NCBI GenBank assembly: GCA_024653355.1
Contig: JANLFQ010000001.1
Coordinates: 576,576 to 640,575 of the forward strand
DNA from: a candidate division WOR-3 bacterium
GTDB taxonomy: Bacteria > Hydrothermota > Tepidihabitantia > Tepidihabitantales > Tepidihabitantaceae
Reading direction: 5' to 3'
DNA length: 64,000 nt
Both the position numbers and the translations under genes were made by a program. This document shows, in pieces, positions 19,912-29,833 of this stretch. Positions within the stretch are counted from its first letter, which is position 1. The number at the start of each line of letters is the position of its first letter. The notes beneath the pieces are model-generated. The model had not been told where the DNA came from. It worked only from the letters and a program-made list of their open reading frames with translations, and did not search any database.

Positions 19912-20807
19912 AGTACCGCTACAACACTCAACAACCACAAAACAATGTCGATGATCAACGGCACATCGGTAAACAAAACCTTTTCCGGTGCGCCGCCCTC
20001 CTCTTTGCGATAAACCAAGTACAGATAGCGATAAATGCCGTAAAGGACAAACGGGACAGTTAGAATCAGGTTGTGGGTTTTAAATTTATGCACCGTCTCT
20101 GGTGCAATCGTATAAAGGCAGTAGGCGATAACGGTTGAAGATGTCGCCACCGCAATCATCTGGTCTAAAAGCGTCTCCGAATACTTTCCCAGCACACTCC
20201 GATGAGAAATCCCCCCGCCTTCAAGGTAGAGCAGTTCATGGCGCCGCTTTGCCAGCGCCAGAAAAAGGGCAAGGAGAATAGCACAGACAAAAAGCCAGGG
20301 TGAAATCTGGACCTGAACCAGAAATGTACCGGAAATCGCCCGAATCGCAAAACCGGTCGCCACCACCATCACATCGAGGACCACAATTTTCTTCAGGTAC
20401 AAAGAATATGCCAGTTGCAAAATGAAATAACTTAAAATCAACAGGCCAAAGCGCAATGTCAAAACAAACCCACCGCCAATCCCCAGTACCACGGCAAGAA
20501 CCGCCGCAATACCGGCGGTCCCAACATTTATCTCGCCCGCGGCGATGGGCCGGAACTTTTTCTTGGGATGGGAACGGTCATTCTCCCGGTCCAGAATGTC
20601 GTTGATGATATAAACTGCGCCCGAAACCAAACAGAAGGCGATGAATCCGGCAAATGTTTCCAATAACTTTATCGCATTGAATAGATTCTGGGAAAAGATT
20701 AACGGTGCAAAGACCAGAAGGTTCTTGACCCACTGTTTGGGCCGCATTGACCTTACAATTGCCCACAACATAGTTATCAGTTTTACAGGAAACGGTGCAA
20801 CTGTCAA
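19899..20807 (-). CDS. UbiA-family decaprenyl-phosphate phosphoribosyltransferase (DPPR synthase-like)
   Basis: N-terminus RPKQWVKNLLVFAPLIFS and the Asp-rich NDILDRENDRSHPKK motif match DPPR synthase (Rv3806c-type) enzymes. Confidence 0.7.
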   Translation of the reverse strand: MTVAPFPVKLITMLWAIVRSMRPKQWVKNLLVFAPLIFSQNLFNAIKLLETFAGFIAFCLVSGAVYIINDILDRENDRSHPKKKFRPIAAGEINVGTAGIAAVLAVVLGIGGGFVLTLRFGLLILSYFILQLAYSLYLKKIVVLDVMVVATGFAIRAISGTFLVQVQISPWLFVCAILLALFLALAKRRHELLYLEGGGISHRSVLGKYSETLLDQMIAVATSSTVIAYCLYTIAPETVHKFKTHNLILTVPFVLYGIYRYLYLVYRKEEGGAPEKVLFTDVPLIIDIVLWLLSVVAVLYLR

Positions 20808-20829
20808 CTTATTCCCGACTTTTCAGTTG

Positions 20830-23016
20830 TCAGGGCTTGATTAACTTGATAAGTCGATAGAACTGATTGTTATCCCGGCACAACTCAACAAACTCATCAA
20901 TCGGGTTAACGACCACACAAAACAAACCCTCTTCTTCGTAACCTGCATCAATTAAAGGGATTTCAAAGATCAAAGTGGCAGACTTTTGCGGCTCGAGCAT
21001 CAATTGGGTTGCCGGCAACATCGTATCGGTAAGCAGAGTATTGTTCAGGTAAAACCTGATACGACAACCTGAATTGCCCAAATACATCCGATTTCCGATG
21101 TTTCGCAACCCTACCTTCACGGTTAACTTTTCACCAACCCGGGGTAAATCCGGGATGAACTGAACATCGTCAACAACTAAATCCGGCCTTTTTGGCGCTG
21201 ACCGCTCCCGGATAAAAACAGGCCGCACCCCGAGATTCAAATTGAGCCCGCCATCTGTTTCGGCTTTTACTATCTCAATTGCTGGGGTGTCATTGTAAGC
21301 CAGGGGTATTAACTCCACCGTATCACAACCGACCGGCAGCCTTATCTGAACTGTCTTTTCGGTATCTCTCCCGGTAATTTGATTAAGCCAGGCAATCCAG
21401 AGCCTCTTACCGCTCAAAGGCTCCTCGAACTCGTACACCCACACCGCATCGATCGGGCAATCGTTTAAAATCACCCTTTGATTAAACCGCTTGCCCTTTA
21501 ACATCCTGATTGTTTGGGCAAGTGCGTAATAACCTGATTTGGGCTCAAAAGATGGGGTATGGAGTCCGTAACTGCCCTCCACCGATTCGCCCCGGGTTAG
21601 AAACGAGTAATAACAAATGCGGTCATAACCACCACCGGGTAAAGATTGACTCGCCCGGGCAACCGCAAAAACTCTCGCAACCCAGTTTGCCTGTTCTTTG
21701 ATATCGCACTCACCGTTGGGCTGCAAGCAGGGCAAGCCTACTTCGGTTATCCACAATTCGCCATAATCACCGTTTTCTCTCATAACCGCCCGGATACTTT
21801 CTGCCTGTGCCTCAAACAGGTTGAAATCAAAACCCTGGTCCTGATAAGGATGAAACGCCACTCCCCACCACGATTTTTCGGGGATTAGTCGATAGCAGTA
21901 ACTGAGCATCTCATCAGGTGGTATCCGGGTGATAATCGACGGTTGCATTGCGACAAGCGAGCCAATCAGCACCTTAGCCTTGCCCCGGGTTATTGAATCT
22001 ATCACGGTAAGAGCCACTTCAACCAGACGGGCGTAAAGCGAGCACAACCCCTGCTGGTTATCGCTCAGGTGGTAATGAAACTGGGGCGTCTTCCAGAACC
22101 TTACGGTATCGTTTGGTTCATTCCATATCTCATAAACATCAATCAGTTTCTCGTCGTTATAGTAATGTCTCACCACACCCTCAACATACCGTGCCCAGTA
22201 ATTTGAAGGGTGCCAGACATCCAAAAAGAGATTGCGGGGCGGACTGAATTCCGGAGCGTCAAAACGGGTACCTGCCCAGCTTGCGCTGTAATCAAGAATC
22301 CCGATTACCTTACAGCCCATTGTCTTGCTGGAATAGAAAACCGCCGGGTCTAACTGCGCAAAGTCAAAACCTGCCGTAGAATCAGGCCAGACCCAATTCC
22401 AGAGCAGGTCGATGCGGTCTAAGTGAACACCCGCGGCGCGGACCCGTTGGTGCACATTCTGTTTGTGGGCAAAAACGGTATCGTAAGCCGAAATCAACAC
22501 ACCCCACCAACTACTGTCAATTACCTTCATCACCCCATACACCCTCATACACAGATCAAGCGATTCCGCGGCGTAACTGTACAACAGGGTGCCGTATCGA
22601 TAAGGGTTACCGGCGTCGTAGTAAAACTGAATTGAGTCCGGTCCGGCACGGCTGAAACGGAACTCGTAGCGTTTGCCCCGGGTGAAACCAAACCGCCTGT
22701 TCCAGTTCTCAAACCGGACCCAACTGTAACTTCGTTTTTGCACACCGCTACTCCACATCACCAATTTGTCACCATTCCAAACCTCAACCCGGTAACAGCT
22801 CCCAATGCCCCTCGCACCGACAAACAACTCCACATATACCAGACTGTCAAAATTGCCAATGATGGTCTGGGAAACATACCTGTTGGCGCCGGTGCACCGG
22901 GTCCAGCCTGACCAGTCGAACCGAACCGGCTTCACCTCATAACAGTTTACCATGCCCGGGGCAGGAATAAAAAAACAAAACAACAATCCCAACAAAATCT
23001 TAATCTGTCGTGTCAT
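20830..23016 (-). CDS. Secreted glycoside hydrolase, clan GH-A (GH5/GH39-like), with a C-terminal CARDB domain
   Basis: Signal peptide present. Acid/base motif YEIWNEPND and nucleophile WITEVG. The C-terminal region DLVVDDVQFIPDLPRVGEKLTVKVGLRNIGN resembles CARDB. Confidence 0.6.
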   Translation of the reverse strand: MTRQIKILLGLLFCFFIPAPGMVNCYEVKPVRFDWSGWTRCTGANRYVSQTIIGNFDSLVYVELFVGARGIGSCYRVEVWNGDKLVMWSSGVQKRSYSWVRFENWNRRFGFTRGKRYEFRFSRAGPDSIQFYYDAGNPYRYGTLLYSYAAESLDLCMRVYGVMKVIDSSWWGVLISAYDTVFAHKQNVHQRVRAAGVHLDRIDLLWNWVWPDSTAGFDFAQLDPAVFYSSKTMGCKVIGILDYSASWAGTRFDAPEFSPPRNLFLDVWHPSNYWARYVEGVVRHYYNDEKLIDVYEIWNEPNDTVRFWKTPQFHYHLSDNQQGLCSLYARLVEVALTVIDSITRGKAKVLIGSLVAMQPSIITRIPPDEMLSYCYRLIPEKSWWGVAFHPYQDQGFDFNLFEAQAESIRAVMRENGDYGELWITEVGLPCLQPNGECDIKEQANWVARVFAVARASQSLPGGGYDRICYYSFLTRGESVEGSYGLHTPSFEPKSGYYALAQTIRMLKGKRFNQRVILNDCPIDAVWVYEFEEPLSGKRLWIAWLNQITGRDTEKTVQIRLPVGCDTVELIPLAYNDTPAIEIVKAETDGGLNLNLGVRPVFIRERSAPKRPDLVVDDVQFIPDLPRVGEKLTVKVGLRNIGNRMYLGNSGCRIRFYLNNTLLTDTMLPATQLMLEPQKSATLIFEIPLIDAGYEEEGLFCVVVNPIDEFVELCRDNNQFYRLIKLIKP

Positions 23017-23517
23017 CGCTTAATCGTGCTGTCAAACAGCATCTTAAATCCGCTACTCTTCAATCAATCCTGACCTGAAATAACTTATCACGAACCGCTA
23101 CCCAGAACCCACCTTTTGTCGCCATCACTCCCGCCTGTTCAGGAGAAACAAAAGTGTGCCAAACTATCGGCAATCCTCATTCCCCAATTGTAGAAACTTG
23201 AAAATCGCGGTCAAGATATACTAACCCTGCGGGATAACCGCTCTTAATTAAATTCACCACCACCTGATTTTCCCATCAGAAACCTTTCTACCCCGAAGAT
23301 GTAAACAGCGTGCACTAATGTGATGTTTCCAGAACCGCCATTTCCATTTACATTACCGGACCTCGTACCACTCCTGGAACCGCATCAGGGCCTGCCCCGG
23401 CCGCGCCCTTAAAAATTCCCCAATTTATTTAAAAACCGTCAGTTGCGCGGCGCACCAAAAATTCCACCAGTAATTTTAAACCCGCCTGGAATCACAGCAA
23501 CATAAATGGGCAGGAAC

Positions 23518-24366
23518 TTACACCGGAAACTGCTCGTATAACCGCTTTCGGTTTGCCTCAAGCAGTTTGGTTTGTAACCCCATAAAAGTCGCCGCATCAA
23601 CAACCCGGGCTTTTGACCTCGCGCTTAAATTCTCAAGCCACTCCCTCCCTGTCTCCGAACGCAAAAGGTGATGGTCCACAATCAATAGACCAATAGCCCG
23701 TGCCAGTTTAACCCCATTGATAAAAGCCCGGTTTTGTGCCTCTTTACTTAAAACCGAGAGGTAAATTGGCGGTCCCGCAACAAACACCACATCGGGTTTC
23801 CAGGCGATAATCGCCTCAACCCCATCTTCGGCAAGCAACTGGATGTCTGAACCGTGGACGAAAACCTCATTGCCCTCGCTCACCCGGGTCATCATCACCA
23901 TACCCCGACCTTCAACACCGTGTTGACAGGGTAAGGAAAAAGTAACATCACCGGTATCCTTGCCTTCACCTTCAACCATCCTATCGCCCAGGAGTTGCGC
24001 AAAGTGGCGTAACCGCTCATCCATCAATCGGGTGTTACCGGCTCGGCCTTTGACCCAGAGGGCGCTCACACCCAGTTTGGCTACAAAATCAATAAGGTTA
24101 ATTTGATACGGGTCTGGTTCTAACAGCGGCGCATGGTCACCATGGAAATGGCTTATAACAACATCGCTTGCCATTTTAACCTCATTGAGAATTTTCTCCC
24201 TTATCGCCGCCGCCTCACCCACTTCAATCTTATGGGGCACCAATCCTGAACGGCGTGGTGCCAGAGCAACACCCGGGTCAATCAATACCCGGCGGGTTTT
24301 GGTCTCAACAACACAACACATACTGCGGACCCCTAAAGACTCGGCACCGATAATCCTTATCTTCAT
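23518..24366 (-). CDS. MBL-fold metallo-hydrolase
   Basis: HFHGDHA metal-binding motif; 282 aa. Confidence 0.75.
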   Translation of the reverse strand: MKIRIIGAESLGVRSMCCVVETKTRRVLIDPGVALAPRRSGLVPHKIEVGEAAAIREKILNEVKMASDVVISHFHGDHAPLLEPDPYQINLIDFVAKLGVSALWVKGRAGNTRLMDERLRHFAQLLGDRMVEGEGKDTGDVTFSLPCQHGVEGRGMVMMTRVSEGNEVFVHGSDIQLLAEDGVEAIIAWKPDVVFVAGPPIYLSVLSKEAQNRAFINGVKLARAIGLLIVDHHLLRSETGREWLENLSARSKARVVDAATFMGLQTKLLEANRKRLYEQFPV

Positions 24367-24453
24367 CCAACTTTCAGGATAGCGGACTTCTCCGACCTAT
24401 CAACCCTTTCCGATTATGTTGACTTCAATCTCATCAAGCATAAATTATTCCCG

Positions 24454-25350
24454 ATGAATTACGAATCAGATTTTTGTTATATCCGCTCGGTTGACTATCC
24501 GGACGGTGCAATCATACCGAAAAAGGTTGCCCGGATTTCGCCTGATGACCGGGGGTTTTACTTTGCCGACGGTGTTTATGAAGTTATCCGCACCTACCGG
24601 GGCAATCTCTTCCACTTTCCCGACCATCTAACACGGTTTAAGAACAGTTTACAGGCGGTGCGGATTGGTCTCCCGGATGTCGATGGCATTGAGAAAATTT
24701 GCTTTGAACTGCTCCGTTACAACAATCTGTCAAATGCCGACGCCTTTTTTTACATTCAGGTAACACGGGGTGTTGCCCCTCGTAACCTTCTTTTTCCGCC
24801 CGCAGAGACATTACCCACCCTCTACATTTCGGTAACACCAATTACCCCACCCATTGTCGAACAAAAAGAGGGCATCAAGGTAATCACCGTGCCGGATATC
24901 CGCTGGCACCGCTGTGACATCAAGGCGATTGGACTTTTACCCAGCGTCCTTGCCCGCCAGACCGCGGCGGAAGCCAATGCCCAGGAAGCGATATTTGTCC
25001 GCAATGGTATTGTTACCGAAGGCACCCACACCAATTTGTTCGGTGTTAAACAAAAGACGGTTATCACCCACCCCCTTGACAGTCATATCCTGCCCGGTGT
25101 CACGCGGATTGTTCTAATGAAGCTCTGTACCCGGCTCCGGCTGCCCGTAATTGAATCACCACTCCCGGAACCGGAACTGTATCAACTGGACGAACTGTTT
25201 GTCACCAGCACCACCTGGGAGGTTGTACCGGTGATTGAGGTCAACCGGAAACCAATCGGTTCCGGTAAACCCGGTGTGATTACCCAAGAGCTGCAGGCGG
25301 AGTTTAAAAATTATGTCCAGGAAATTTTGGCCGAGCGCAGTTCCGCTTGA
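24454..25350 (+). CDS. Class IV aminotransferase (D-amino acid / branched-chain family)
   Basis: Fold-type IV sequence (…FYFADGVYEVIRTYRG…); 298 aa. Confidence 0.75.
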   Translation: MNYESDFCYIRSVDYPDGAIIPKKVARISPDDRGFYFADGVYEVIRTYRGNLFHFPDHLTRFKNSLQAVRIGLPDVDGIEKICFELLRYNNLSNADAFFYIQVTRGVAPRNLLFPPAETLPTLYISVTPITPPIVEQKEGIKVITVPDIRWHRCDIKAIGLLPSVLARQTAAEANAQEAIFVRNGIVTEGTHTNLFGVKQKTVITHPLDSHILPGVTRIVLMKLCTRLRLPVIESPLPEPELYQLDELFVTSTTWEVVPVIEVNRKPIGSGKPGVITQELQAEFKNYVQEILAERSSA

Positions 25351-25384
25351 CCGCTCACCGCAATCGGGCTACACTGATTGTGGT

Positions 25385-27061
25385 ATGAAAATGGCAAGGG
25401 TTATGACCTTCCTGATGGTACTGTTGCTCGGCTCTGCGCAAAGCCAGATTCCCCTACCGACCGCACCCGATTGGAGTTCAATCGACACCGACTATTCGAC
25501 CGGTGGTGCCTTTGCCGACATTGATGGCAACGGTTATCTGGACTTCTGCATTTCCAATGGCAACGATATGGCAGCCGACCCCAATGCCGTATATTTCAAT
25601 CAGAATGGCAACCTTGAAACAAACGCCTCCTGGCGCTCAACCGACCGGGGTTATTTTGGTCACTGCTATACCGGCGACATCGACAACGATGGCGACGACG
25701 ATTTTGCGGTTGCCTACCTCGGCGACTACCAGAATCAGAGCGAACTCCGCGTCCGGGTCTACCGTAACACCGGCACCGGCCTCGAACCCCTCCCTTTCTG
25801 GAAGGCAAAAGACTCGGTCTCTTCCTTTGACTGCTGTCTCGGTGACTTTGACCTCGATGGTGACCTTGACCTTGCCATCAGTGCCGGTGATGCCTATCGC
25901 GGCATGATGGACCGGGTGCGGATTTACCGCAACAACAACGGCGTATTCGACACCCTGCCCTTCTGGTACGCAAAACTTGATACCGCTTCGGATGCAATCC
26001 GATTTGCTGACATCGACAACGACGGCGACCTCGACCTGTTCGTGGGCCACCGGCGCAAGGTGGTGATGTACCGCAACAGCAACGGTTCTTTTGATACTAT
26101 TCCCGAATGGGTTGTGCGCCGCGCAATCGGCTGGGTTTTGCGTCTTGAACTGGGTGATTACGACCAGGACGGCTACCTTGACCTTGCGGTTGCCTCCAAC
26201 GACCAGCTGGGCGACCCGAACAGCATCAAAGTTTTCCACAACAATCAGGGCACACTGGACACGGTTGCCGCATATACGATGCAAACCCGGGGCACGCAAC
26301 TTTACTCTTCCTGCGTTGCCTGGGGTGATGCGAATGGTGACGGATTTCCCGAACTTGCCGCCGGTGGTTGGTGGCAACCGGTAGTGGTGTATCTCAATCG
26401 TCGCGGTGTCCTTGACACCACACCATCCTGGTCCTGGTTACCCGCCAACCCGAACAATCTGGTTTGCGAAGCGTTGCTCTGGACTGATGTCCGCAACTGC
26501 TACCTCGTTTCGGTCACTGAACGCCATAATGGCGACGGTGTCCGGAAACTCTTTAACCTCGCAAAACGGCCGATTCAATTCCTCGACAGTGTTAAGGTAA
26601 ACGACACGATTGTCCCGCGCGCCGCGTACTGTTACGACCGCCATCTCGCCTGGTGCAGTTTTGCCACCCCACCTTCTTTGGGAACTGACAATGTTGTATT
26701 CTACTACCATTACGCCACCACTCCGGACCTCGCCGTTACCAACTGGGCGCGCACTGCCGGCAACCATCTTTTCTTAAACACCACGCCGACCGCGATTGCT
26801 CAAAATCAACTATCAAGCAAACCAATTCTCCATAAACTCATCGTCCATCCCAATCCCGCATCCGGACCGGTTTTGCTCACCACTTCCGGACCATTACCAG
26901 CAACCGTCGAAATCTTTTATCAGGATGGCCGGTTAATCGAAAAACTAATTATCAAGCAAAATTCGCCCGTCTGTTACAATCGCAAACTACCCAACGGCGT
27001 TTACTTTATCACCGCTCCTGGTTACCAGCCGGTGAAACTATTGCGGCTGGAAAGTAAATAA
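25385..27061 (+). CDS. FG-GAP repeat protein with T9SS C-terminal sorting domain
   Basis: Signal peptide MKMARVMTFLMVLLLGSAQSQ. Repeated DIDNDGD(D/L)DF motifs. The C-terminal tail is …NGVYFITAPGYQPVKLLRLESK. Confidence 0.7.
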   Translation: MKMARVMTFLMVLLLGSAQSQIPLPTAPDWSSIDTDYSTGGAFADIDGNGYLDFCISNGNDMAADPNAVYFNQNGNLETNASWRSTDRGYFGHCYTGDIDNDGDDDFAVAYLGDYQNQSELRVRVYRNTGTGLEPLPFWKAKDSVSSFDCCLGDFDLDGDLDLAISAGDAYRGMMDRVRIYRNNNGVFDTLPFWYAKLDTASDAIRFADIDNDGDLDLFVGHRRKVVMYRNSNGSFDTIPEWVVRRAIGWVLRLELGDYDQDGYLDLAVASNDQLGDPNSIKVFHNNQGTLDTVAAYTMQTRGTQLYSSCVAWGDANGDGFPELAAGGWWQPVVVYLNRRGVLDTTPSWSWLPANPNNLVCEALLWTDVRNCYLVSVTERHNGDGVRKLFNLAKRPIQFLDSVKVNDTIVPRAAYCYDRHLAWCSFATPPSLGTDNVVFYYHYATTPDLAVTNWARTAGNHLFLNTTPTAIAQNQLSSKPILHKLIVHPNPASGPVLLTTSGPLPATVEIFYQDGRLIEKLIIKQNSPVCYNRKLPNGVYFITAPGYQPVKLLRLESK

Positions 27062-27070
27062 GGATGTGCT

Positions 27071-27856
27071 ATGGCACCCCCCGAACAGATTCCCGGCGAA
27101 CTGCTCAACCGCATCGCCCGTTTTGGCCGACTTTACCTTCTTGACACTGTAACATCAACCAACGACTTTGCCTTTTCCCTTGCTGACAAAAAGGAACCTG
27201 CCATCGTCGTTGCCCAGAAACAGACTAAAGGTCGCGGCCGGTTTCGCCGCCACTGGTTTGCCGATGAAAACAGTTTGACATTCTCCCTTCTGCTATTTCC
27301 GGCGATAAACAGTTCGGCACCCGATTTCTCTACCGCCGCAATCACCCAGATTGCGGGCCTGGCGCTCTGTCAAGCAGTTGAAACCCTGTTTATCACTAAT
27401 CCTGCCCAATCTTTACCCAAACCGATGCTCCGTTGGCCCAACGATGTCCTGCTCGAGGGCAAAAAGGTTGCGGGTATTCTCTGCGAACAACGAAACCAGG
27501 CGCTGGTGATAGGTGTCGGCGTCAATGTCAACCAGCCCACAATCCCGGAAAACCTGCCCGATGCCACCTCGCTCTTTCTTGTCTACCATCAGCTAACCGA
27601 CCGGATGACACTGCTCGAAAACTTTCTGACCAACCTCTTTTCCCTGCTCAAAAAAGTAACCCAGGACCGCAAAGTTATCTGGGATGAAGTCCGCTCCCGT
27701 TCTGCAATCCTCCACCACCGGGTCGAGATTAAAACCCTGCTGCGGCGTTATGTCGGTACGGTCATTGACATTGATGACGCCGGCCGGATTATTCTTCGCA
27801 CCGACTCCGGCAAACTCACGCTGTTCAGCGCCGGTCAGGTTCGTCAGCTCCGATGA
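27071..27856 (+). CDS. birA: Biotin-[acetyl-CoA-carboxylase] ligase (no DNA-binding domain)
   Basis: KGRGRFRRHW motif; 261 aa. It overlaps the coaX start (ATGA). Confidence 0.85.
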   Translation: MAPPEQIPGELLNRIARFGRLYLLDTVTSTNDFAFSLADKKEPAIVVAQKQTKGRGRFRRHWFADENSLTFSLLLFPAINSSAPDFSTAAITQIAGLALCQAVETLFITNPAQSLPKPMLRWPNDVLLEGKKVAGILCEQRNQALVIGVGVNVNQPTIPENLPDATSLFLVYHQLTDRMTLLENFLTNLFSLLKKVTQDRKVIWDEVRSRSAILHHRVEIKTLLRRYVGTVIDIDDAGRIILRTDSGKLTLFSAGQVRQLR

Positions 27857-28587
27857 TTCTCACCGTCCTCGTCGGTAACTTCAACACCCGCCTTGTCCTC
27901 TGGGAGAAAAATCGTATCAAGATGCGGAAAATCGTGCCCACAAACCAGGTGTTAGAACGGCTGAACCGGCTCATCCCCAACCGGGCGCTGCAAGGCGCGG
28001 CGCTCGCTTCGGTTGTTCCCAAAGTTACCCTGCGGTTGTATCAAACACTCTGCCGGCACACCAAAACCTTACTTGTCACCACCCGCACCCCCACTCCCCT
28101 GAAGATTGTTTACCGAAAGAAGTCGCTCGGCGTTGACCGGCTCTGTGCTGCGGTCGGCGGCATTCTCCGCTATCAACAGAACCTGATTATCATCGACTTC
28201 GGCACCGCGATAACCTTCAACATCGTGCACTACCAGGAAAAGGCATTGCTCGGTGGTCCAATCCTGCCCAACGCCCGAATAATGTTCACCGCCCTTAGAG
28301 ACCACACCGCTCAGTTACCGATGGTCGAATTGCACCCCCGGGAAAACCCGTTTGTCAAAAGTACCAGGACCGCCATCCAGGCTGGGGTTTTTAACCTTAT
28401 CCTCGGCGGCATCGAGCGCATAATTGAACAAATCCGCTGCCGGACAAAGGCGCATTACCAGATTATCGCCACCGGTGGTGAAGCACAAATCTTTAGTAAG
28501 AAATGTCAATTGATTAACAAAGTTGACCCGGAACTTACCAGTTTCGGGTTGGCGCAAATATACTATTTTAACCGGAGGACAAAATGA
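27853..28587 (+). CDS. coaX: Type III pantothenate kinase
   Basis: Bvg-accessory-factor/CoaX fold. N-terminus MILTVLVGNFNTRLVLW. The birA-coaX linkage is conserved. Confidence 0.85.
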   Translation: MILTVLVGNFNTRLVLWEKNRIKMRKIVPTNQVLERLNRLIPNRALQGAALASVVPKVTLRLYQTLCRHTKTLLVTTRTPTPLKIVYRKKSLGVDRLCAAVGGILRYQQNLIIIDFGTAITFNIVHYQEKALLGGPILPNARIMFTALRDHTAQLPMVELHPRENPFVKSTRTAIQAGVFNLILGGIERIIEQIRCRTKAHYQIIATGGEAQIFSKKCQLINKVDPELTSFGLAQIYYFNRRTK

Positions 28588-29144
28588 ATCGTTCAAATAG
28601 AACTGGAGTGTTTATCGATGTTCAAAATGTTCAGGAAACATTTGAAAGACAGGGTAAAGAGGTTCGCTACGACGCCGTAATTCGCCACATCCTGACCACA
28701 GGAAATCGCGAACGGGAAAGTTGTAAATTCGTCGCCTTTGTCCCGTTCCGGCGGGATGATGAACGGCGCCAGCGCCTGATCGACGCCCTCTCGTTTCAGG
28801 GTTACCGGGTTGTTGCCAAACCGGTACGGGAAAGGCCCGACGGCACCATTAAAGCCAATATGGACATTGAAATCACCCTCGAGATTCTCTCAATGAGCGA
28901 ATGGCTGGACGAAATTGTCCTGGTAACCGGTGATGGCGACTTTGTTGCTCTGGTTGACTGGCTTTCCAAACGGGGTAAGCGCGTCATATCAATTGGTTTG
29001 GGTCGGGGATTCACTTCAGTTGAACTGATTCGCGCCTGTGACGAATACATCAACCTCGACGAAATTGAAGGGGCGGTGAAGGCACAATTTCCCAACAAGG
29101 AGTGGGAACAGCCACCCCCGGGAACCACACCGCCTGTACTATGA
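28584..29144 (+). CDS. NYN (LabA-like/DUF88) domain protein
   Basis: …GVFIDVQNV…LVTGDGDFVALVDWLSKRGKRV is typical of the NYN/LabA family. It is translationally coupled on both sides. Confidence 0.6.
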   Translation: MNRSNRTGVFIDVQNVQETFERQGKEVRYDAVIRHILTTGNRERESCKFVAFVPFRRDDERRQRLIDALSFQGYRVVAKPVRERPDGTIKANMDIEITLEILSMSEWLDEIVLVTGDGDFVALVDWLSKRGKRVISIGLGRGFTSVELIRACDEYINLDEIEGAVKAQFPNKEWEQPPPGTTPPVL

Positions 29145-29833
29145 GCCCAATCTATCTTGCCCTCGACACCAGCGGTACTCGAACGGCGCTGGCGCTGGTC
29201 AAAGACGATAAACCGATATTTGAAACCAGTGCTACCGCGCCCTATGGCCACAATGAAAAACTGCTCGATTTGCTTAAAGAGGCGCTCGACCAGACCGGGA
29301 TAACATTGAACCAGATCACCGCAATCTGTCTTACTATCGGTCCGGGAATGTTCACCTCGCTCCGGGTAGGATTAAGCGTCGCAAAAGGGCTTGCCTTAAC
29401 AGGAAAACTGCCTCTTAAAGGAGTCAATACACTTTACGCCCTTGCCGCCACCGCTGAAGAACATTCCCAGCCGGTGCTGGCGTTGATTGATGCCCGGCGC
29501 GGGGAACTCTACACTGGCTTATACTACCAGGGCACACCCATTATAAAACCATCGGTGCTACCACCCGAACAGTTACCGACAATTATCACCCAATCCCGCT
29601 TACCCGCCACGGTAGTCCGTGTTGCTGGTGATGGTACCCGGCTTGCCCTCCCGTTTCTGAACAACATGCACTTAGCCGTTGAGACCACAGATATCATCTA
29701 TCCGGCACCGGTCACGATTGCCCGAATCGGCGCAAAACTTCTTGCTTTTGAAGGAGCGGACGAAATCGACCATCTGGAACCAATCTATCTGCGCCGCACC
29801 GATGCCGAATTAAAACGGCAGCAGTTGAGTTAA
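29141..29833 (+). CDS. tsaB: tRNA threonylcarbamoyladenosine biosynthesis protein TsaB
   Basis: N-terminus MSPIYLALDTSGTRTALAL. The start overlaps the NYN gene stop (ATGA). Confidence 0.8.
   Translation: MSPIYLALDTSGTRTALALVKDDKPIFETSATAPYGHNEKLLDLLKEALDQTGITLNQITAICLTIGPGMFTSLRVGLSVAKGLALTGKLPLKGVNTLYALAATAEEHSQPVLALIDARRGELYTGLYYQGTPIIKPSVLPPEQLPTIITQSRLPATVVRVAGDGTRLALPFLNNMHLAVETTDIIYPAPVTIARIGAKLLAFEGADEIDHLEPIYLRRTDAELKRQQLS

Noticed and set aside
25637-26377. 246-aa antisense ORF inside the FG-GAP repeat gene, plus similar antisense ORFs inside rnfB (45698-46255) and other long genes
   Set aside because: These are typical shadow ORFs in GC-rich repeat-coding DNA. They have no start context or motifs.
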